From: Candidatus Electronema halotolerans
GTDB lineage: Bacteria; Desulfobacterota; Desulfobulbia; Desulfobulbales; Desulfobulbaceae
Direction: 5' to 3'
Assembly: GCA_942493095.1 (NCBI GenBank)
Contig: OW818675.1
Location: 2,640,001 to 2,672,000, forward strand
Length of the DNA: 32,000 nt
Positions 28,027 to 32,000 of this stretch are shown here, piece by piece; the first letter of the stretch is position 1, and the number at the start of each line of letters is the position of its first letter. The position numbers and the translations under genes were made by a program. Under the pieces are notes generated by a model that did no database searches, was not told the DNA's origin, and saw nothing but the letters and a program-made list of their open reading frames with translations.

Positions 28027-28464
28027 TTAGGCCGTCACTTTTTGTTCTTCGGTCATCGAGTCAAAGGAAACCGTCATGGCCCGCACCGGGCAGCCGGTGA
28101 CACAGAGGCCGCAGCCAGTGCATTTTTCCGGGTCAAAGCCCACTTCCATTGAGGGGTGCTGGATATAGAGCGCGCCGACTGGACATATCCCAGTGCAGGC
28201 CCCGCACTGAAAGCACTTTTTCTCATCCCGATGCACCTGCCAGGCAATGCGCTCCACCCGCACACCCAGACTTTGCAGGTATTCAACCGAGGCCTTGATG
28301 TTTTCATTGAGACCTTTCAGCTCCAGAATCAGAAAGCCGTCCCGTTGGGGCCGGACATCCGCCTTGTGAATGTTGAATTCCACATCATAGTGCTTGACCA
28401 ACTGGCAGATCACAGGCTGGTCAGAGTTTTCCTTCGGATAGGTGAGGAGATAGATTCTGTTCAT
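28027..28464 (-). CDS. NIL domain / 4Fe-4S ferredoxin protein
   Basis: 145 aa; N-terminal NIL-like domain; two clusters CFQCGACTGICP and CTGCGLCVTGCP. Confidence 0.88.
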   Translation of the reverse strand: MNRIYLLTYPKENSDQPVICQLVKHYDVEFNIHKADVRPQRDGFLILELKGLNENIKASVEYLQSLGVRVERIAWQVHRDEKKCFQCGACTGICPVGALYIQHPSMEVGFDPEKCTGCGLCVTGCPVRAMTVSFDSMTEEQKVTA

Positions 28465-28488
28465 GTTTTTCGGTGCGTTGAAGGTCGA

Positions 28489-31170
28489 TTAAAGCAGCAG
28501 ATTGAGGACAGCCCGAAGCGCACTTGAGCTTGAGCTTGGTTCAACATAGCCTGTCCCGCCGGGCGCATTTTTCTCAGTGGGGTTGTAAGCAGTGCCGTTA
28601 GGATCAGTCTCATGGGCAAGCCAGTTCAGGTATTCCTGCAAGTCGCTGTAGCCGTCTCTGTCGTAATCGCTTGTTGCATTGGCGGTGGTCAGATTGTGAA
28701 AAAAAGTCATCTCCCAGCCGTCATCAATGCCGTCGTTGTCAGTGTCGCTGCCTGATAAAAAAACGACTTGGACAGGGGCATGTCTGTTTGTCATTGTGCC
28801 GTCGCCAAGCTGACCATGTCCGTTATCACCCCAAGCCCAAAGGCTGCCGTCCTGCTTCATTGCCATTGAATACGCATTTCCAGCGGCAATCGCCTGCCAA
28901 TCGGTTGATGCTCCCATCTGCATGGGTATATGCTTGTCTTCCGTAGTGCCATCACCAAGCTGGCCATTTGCATTGTAGCCCCACGACCAAAGACTGCCGT
29001 CAGTTTTCAAAGCGATGACATGTCCTCCGCCTCCATCTGCAACCAGCCAATTGTTGTCTGTCCCGACTTGCACTGGGCTGTATTTATGTTCTGTGGTGCC
29101 GTCGCCAATCTGACCATATCCGTTATAGCCCCAGCTCCACAAACTGGCTTCATTCTTCAGTGCCAACCTGCCTCCATGAAAAATATTCCGCCAATCACTG
29201 TCCGTTCCTGCTTGGCCAGGGGTGCTCCGTGGAGTTGTTGTTCCATTGCCAAGCTGACCATAGTAATTGTATCCCCATGTCCAAATGCTGCCATTGTTCT
29301 TCAAGGCTGCAGTATGATACATTCCAGCAGCAACATCCTTCCAGTCATTGTCCGTGCCTATCCGAACTGGGCTATGTCTGTCGGTTGCCGTTCCGTCGCC
29401 GAGCTGTCCATTTCCATTCCAGCCCCAAGCCCAGAGACTGCCGTCTTCCTTCAACGCCACAGTGTGACCTCCAGCAGCAGTTACATCCTTCCAGTCACTG
29501 TCTGTGCCTATCCGAACCGGACTGTGTCTTTCCATAGTTGTCCCATCACCAAGCTGACCGGACGCATTATCTCCCCACGCCCAAAGGCTGCCGTCCTGTT
29601 TCAACGCTACAGTATGACCCATTCCAGAAGATACGCCTCCTCCAGCAGCTGCGGCCTTCCAGTCACTGTCCGTGCCTATTCGTACAGGGCTGTGTCTTTC
29701 TGTTGTCGTTCCGTCACCAAGCTGCCCATGTTCATTCCAGCCCCAAGTCCAGAGACTGCCGTCGCTTTGAATGAAGACCGTATGACTCACTCCTGCCGCC
29801 ACAAAGGCTTCATCTTTAGATAAGCTGGAACTGCGATAGTTGGCAGTCAGGTGTTTGGTCTCGCGCAGGGTTCTGGCATTGTCGCCATCCGCTGCATCAC
29901 CTGTTGCCGCGCCAAGATGGGAGACATTTGGATTGGAGAAATAAGGTGTACGAACATGTGATTCTCCGTCATCAAAATAATCACCAGATTCATAAGTCAT
30001 TACAGAGCAATACCTGTCAGAATCAGAGCCAGTCCAGCGCCAGCCTGCGGAGTATGAATAAAGTTGCGGGCCAGCCTGAACATTCTGTTCCTTATGATGG
30101 CCTGCCCCCATATTGTGGCCCAACTCATGAATAACGGTGTAAGTCCATCCAGCCTGCTGGACGCGGATAAGGGAAAAGGCGTAATCAGGGAAACCGTCAG
30201 GCAGGTAATCGCTCATAAGAGCGTATCCCAGCCCCCCGGTATCCTCCACCAGCGCAAACAAAGTCACCAAGTCGGCACCATAAGTCGTGCGCCACGTATG
30301 AACATCATCCATATAACCATCTGAGGTCTCTTGAAGTCGGTCAAGATCAGTGTCTGAACTGCCGCTCTCTGTGTAACTCACCTCAGCAGAATGCACCAAA
30401 CGAACATGCAGCATGGTGCTGCTGTTGTCCAGTGCCTGCTGTCCTCTTGACATAGCCTGACTGATGACGCTGTCAATCCCATCGCCATTGCTGTCAGCCC
30501 ATGCTTTTGCCGCAGGTGTATAAACAACCATGACATCCACAGTCACTTCTTCATTCGGATCGGGGGTGTCGGCAGATGTCTCTGTTGACAATTTCCCTCT
30601 GTTTGCAGGCGGAACGATTGGCGGCAAATCTTCAGGGACTTTGATGCGCTCCTGTGGAATTTCATAAAGCGTATGCTCTCCTGTCTGACGGTTAAAAACA
30701 ACCTCGAACTTCCTCTTGTTAGAGGAATTGTCAAAAGTCAAAAGCAACTTGTCGCCGTCAATGGAAATGTAAAAGAAGTCATAGGCACTCCCCTGCACAG
30801 GCCCACGCAGCGTAGTGACATGGTTGACATCAGTTTCCACCGCTTGAATTTCCAAAACGGCCTGCTCACCGTCAAACAAATTCATCAAAATCGTGTCGCC
30901 GGGCCGCATTGTTCGTGAGGCATCAAAAAAATCAGCATTGATGCTGACCGCAGCAACGTTTGTGGCTATGGCAGCAAATTCAGGTGCAGATGCGTTGGAG
31001 GAAGCAGCATTTACAGAACTTGTGGCATCTTGCAGGGCAAAAGATTGAAACAGATTATGCTGATTTCCAGTTTCTTCAGCAAAGGCGGTCTTGGAAAGGC
31101 CAACACCGCTCAAAAATACCATAAAGAAAGCAAGCAGAATCAACTGAAGCTGAAAACAAATGAATTTCAT
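28489..31170 (-). CDS. Secreted reprolysin-like zinc metalloprotease with RCC1 repeats and thrombospondin type-3-like C-terminus
   Basis: 893 aa; signal peptide; zinc motif HELGHNMGAGHH; seven copies of a SLWxWGxNxxGQLGDGT repeat; C-terminal DTDNDGIDDGWE...DYDRDGYSDLQEYL. Confidence 0.9.
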   Translation of the reverse strand: MKFICFQLQLILLAFFMVFLSGVGLSKTAFAEETGNQHNLFQSFALQDATSSVNAASSNASAPEFAAIATNVAAVSINADFFDASRTMRPGDTILMNLFDGEQAVLEIQAVETDVNHVTTLRGPVQGSAYDFFYISIDGDKLLLTFDNSSNKRKFEVVFNRQTGEHTLYEIPQERIKVPEDLPPIVPPANRGKLSTETSADTPDPNEEVTVDVMVVYTPAAKAWADSNGDGIDSVISQAMSRGQQALDNSSTMLHVRLVHSAEVSYTESGSSDTDLDRLQETSDGYMDDVHTWRTTYGADLVTLFALVEDTGGLGYALMSDYLPDGFPDYAFSLIRVQQAGWTYTVIHELGHNMGAGHHKEQNVQAGPQLYSYSAGWRWTGSDSDRYCSVMTYESGDYFDDGESHVRTPYFSNPNVSHLGAATGDAADGDNARTLRETKHLTANYRSSSLSKDEAFVAAGVSHTVFIQSDGSLWTWGWNEHGQLGDGTTTERHSPVRIGTDSDWKAAAAGGGVSSGMGHTVALKQDGSLWAWGDNASGQLGDGTTMERHSPVRIGTDSDWKDVTAAGGHTVALKEDGSLWAWGWNGNGQLGDGTATDRHSPVRIGTDNDWKDVAAGMYHTAALKNNGSIWTWGYNYYGQLGNGTTTPRSTPGQAGTDSDWRNIFHGGRLALKNEASLWSWGYNGYGQIGDGTTEHKYSPVQVGTDNNWLVADGGGGHVIALKTDGSLWSWGYNANGQLGDGTTEDKHIPMQMGASTDWQAIAAGNAYSMAMKQDGSLWAWGDNGHGQLGDGTMTNRHAPVQVVFLSGSDTDNDGIDDGWEMTFFHNLTTANATSDYDRDGYSDLQEYLNWLAHETDPNGTAYNPTEKNAPGGTGYVEPSSSSSALRAVLNLLL
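28765..29815 (-). repeat. Seven RCC1-type repeats (about 50 aa each) encoded in tandem
   Basis: WTWGWNEHGQLGDGTT, WAWGDNASGQLGDGTT, WAWGWNGNGQLGDGTA, WTWGYNYYGQLGNGTT, WSWGYNGYGQIGDGTT, WSWGYNANGQLGDGTT, WAWGDNGHGQLGDGTM. Confidence 0.9.
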
Positions 31171-31203
31171 TCTAAATACCTCATCTATTTTTTGATTGTG
31201 TTG

Positions 31204-31437
31204 TCAGACTTCCGGCGCAATCCAATGCACATTGCTGCCAGTTAACTGGGAAGGCTCAGGAATTTCCTGCTCCTGCTCAAGGCGGTGCTCCATGACCAGC
31301 GTCAGCACTTCAGCAGCGTTGAACAAGGCTTCGTCCAGAGTTTTCCCTTGCGTCATCGCCTCCTCAAGATCAGGAAAGGCGACAAAGAAGATGCCGTCCT
31401 CCTCCTTTGTGGCTCGTGCCGGATATGCAATTTTCAT
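31204..31437 (-). CDS. HicB-like antitoxin (short, N-terminal domain only)
   Basis: 77 aa from the ATG at 31437: MKIAYPARATKEEDGIFFVAFPDLEEAMTQGKTLDEALFNAAEVLTLVMEHRLEQEQEIPEPS..., HicB partial RNase-H-like fold consensus. Confidence 0.8.
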   Translation of the reverse strand: MKIAYPARATKEEDGIFFVAFPDLEEAMTQGKTLDEALFNAAEVLTLVMEHRLEQEQEIPEPSQLTGSNVHWIAPEV

Positions 31438-31647
31438 TTCAGCTTCACGTCGGCAGAGAGCTGGATCACAATCCCGGATGGAGTGCGAGTCCGTGAGCAG
31501 CATGGCCCTTCGCCCGCCGCAGAGGGCAATCTGACTGCTGCACGATAAGCGTGAAACTGCCTGAACAGGCATCGTAGGCATCGGCGTGTTTTTTGTCAAC
31601 AGGAAAGATGGGAAAACTGAAGCGCACGAGCGGCCTGAACTGGACAG

Positions 31648-31694
31648 CACTTGTGAGCGCAACTCACAAGTGTTTATGAGTCAGACTCACAAGC
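31648..31694. repeat. Inverted-repeat cluster upstream of the hicB-like gene
   Basis: Perfect stem CACTTGTGAG-CGCAA-CTCACAAGTG (31648-31672) followed by a further ACTCACAAG copy (31686-31694). Confidence 0.75.
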
Positions 31695-31741
31695 ATGATC
31701 CAGTTTGGCGTGGAAGCACTGCGCGGCAAAGGGGAGTAAAG

Positions 31742-32000
31742 TCAGTTGCGCGGCAATTGGTTGGGATTTGCTTTGTTCATCTCTGATTCCGTGCTGCATT
31801 CTTCCGCTTCCCATTCTGTAACCAAGCGATCAACAGACTGAAATATTTTGGTGACTGCGACTGAGTCAATCAACTCGCTTGCGCCGTGGGCGATCCGGTT
31901 GCGCCTGTCCATGAACTCGTGAAAAAAATCAATATCATCTACTGATATTTCTCCTTGCGAGTACATCTGCTTCAGCAGCCTTGAAGCAGGAAAACGTTCA
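31742..32000 (-). CDS. C-terminal part of a hypothetical protein with HEPN-like RNxxxH motif (N-terminus outside window)
   Basis: Frame is open to the right edge: ...ERFPASRLLKQMYSQGEISVDDIDFFHEFMDRRNRIAHGASELIDSVAVTKIFQSVDRLVTEWEAEECSTE...; RNRIAHG. Confidence 0.5.
   Translation of the reverse strand, partial: ERFPASRLLKQMYSQGEISVDDIDFFHEFMDRRNRIAHGASELIDSVAVTKIFQSVDRLVTEWEAEECSTESEMNKANPNQLPRN

Noticed and set aside
28765-29815. Regularly spaced similar sequences that might suggest a CRISPR-like array
   Set aside because: Period is about 150 bp, the repeats are imperfect and in frame, and they encode RCC1 blades. No short identical repeats with unique spacers.
28930-29823. 297-aa plus-strand ORF with apparent internal repeats
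   Set aside because: Antisense of the RCC1 repeat region. The repetitiveness is inherited from the tandem RCC1 repeats, not an independent repeat protein or CRISPR.

Overview
This 32 kb window looks like a chromosomal segment from an anaerobic, probably deltaproteobacterial/Desulfobulbales-like diazotroph. The taxonomy is inferred from gene content only. On the minus strand it carries the nitrogenase start nifH-nifI1-nifI2-nifD (nifD runs off the left edge), preceded by a clear sigma-54 promoter and with a REP-like palindromic insert between nifH and nifI1. Next come an orphan lipoprotein substrate-binding protein, a DUF4395 gene, and a small accessory island between nucleotides 5229 and 8491. 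The island holds an MmeI-like type IIG restriction-methylation protein and a chimeric Res-fragment/Fic-fragment ORF. It is bounded by 23-bp direct repeats and lies next to tRNA-Leu(TAA). The rest is mostly core or housekeeping: RNase E/G, radical SAM, a UDP-sugar dehydrogenase, queE-queD, an SGNH acyltransferase, two secreted proteins, a diheme peroxidase, GT2, pgl, argB, lptA-lptB-rpoN-ptsN, class II DAHP synthase and a NIL-ferredoxin. At the right end are a secreted metalloprotease with seven RCC1 repeats, a HicB-like short ORF without HicA, and an HEPN-like RNxxxH fragment. I see no convincing entirely new system. The best candidates for follow-up are the repeat-bounded restriction island, the REP-like palindromes inside the nif operon, and the structured intergenic region at 11829-11926.
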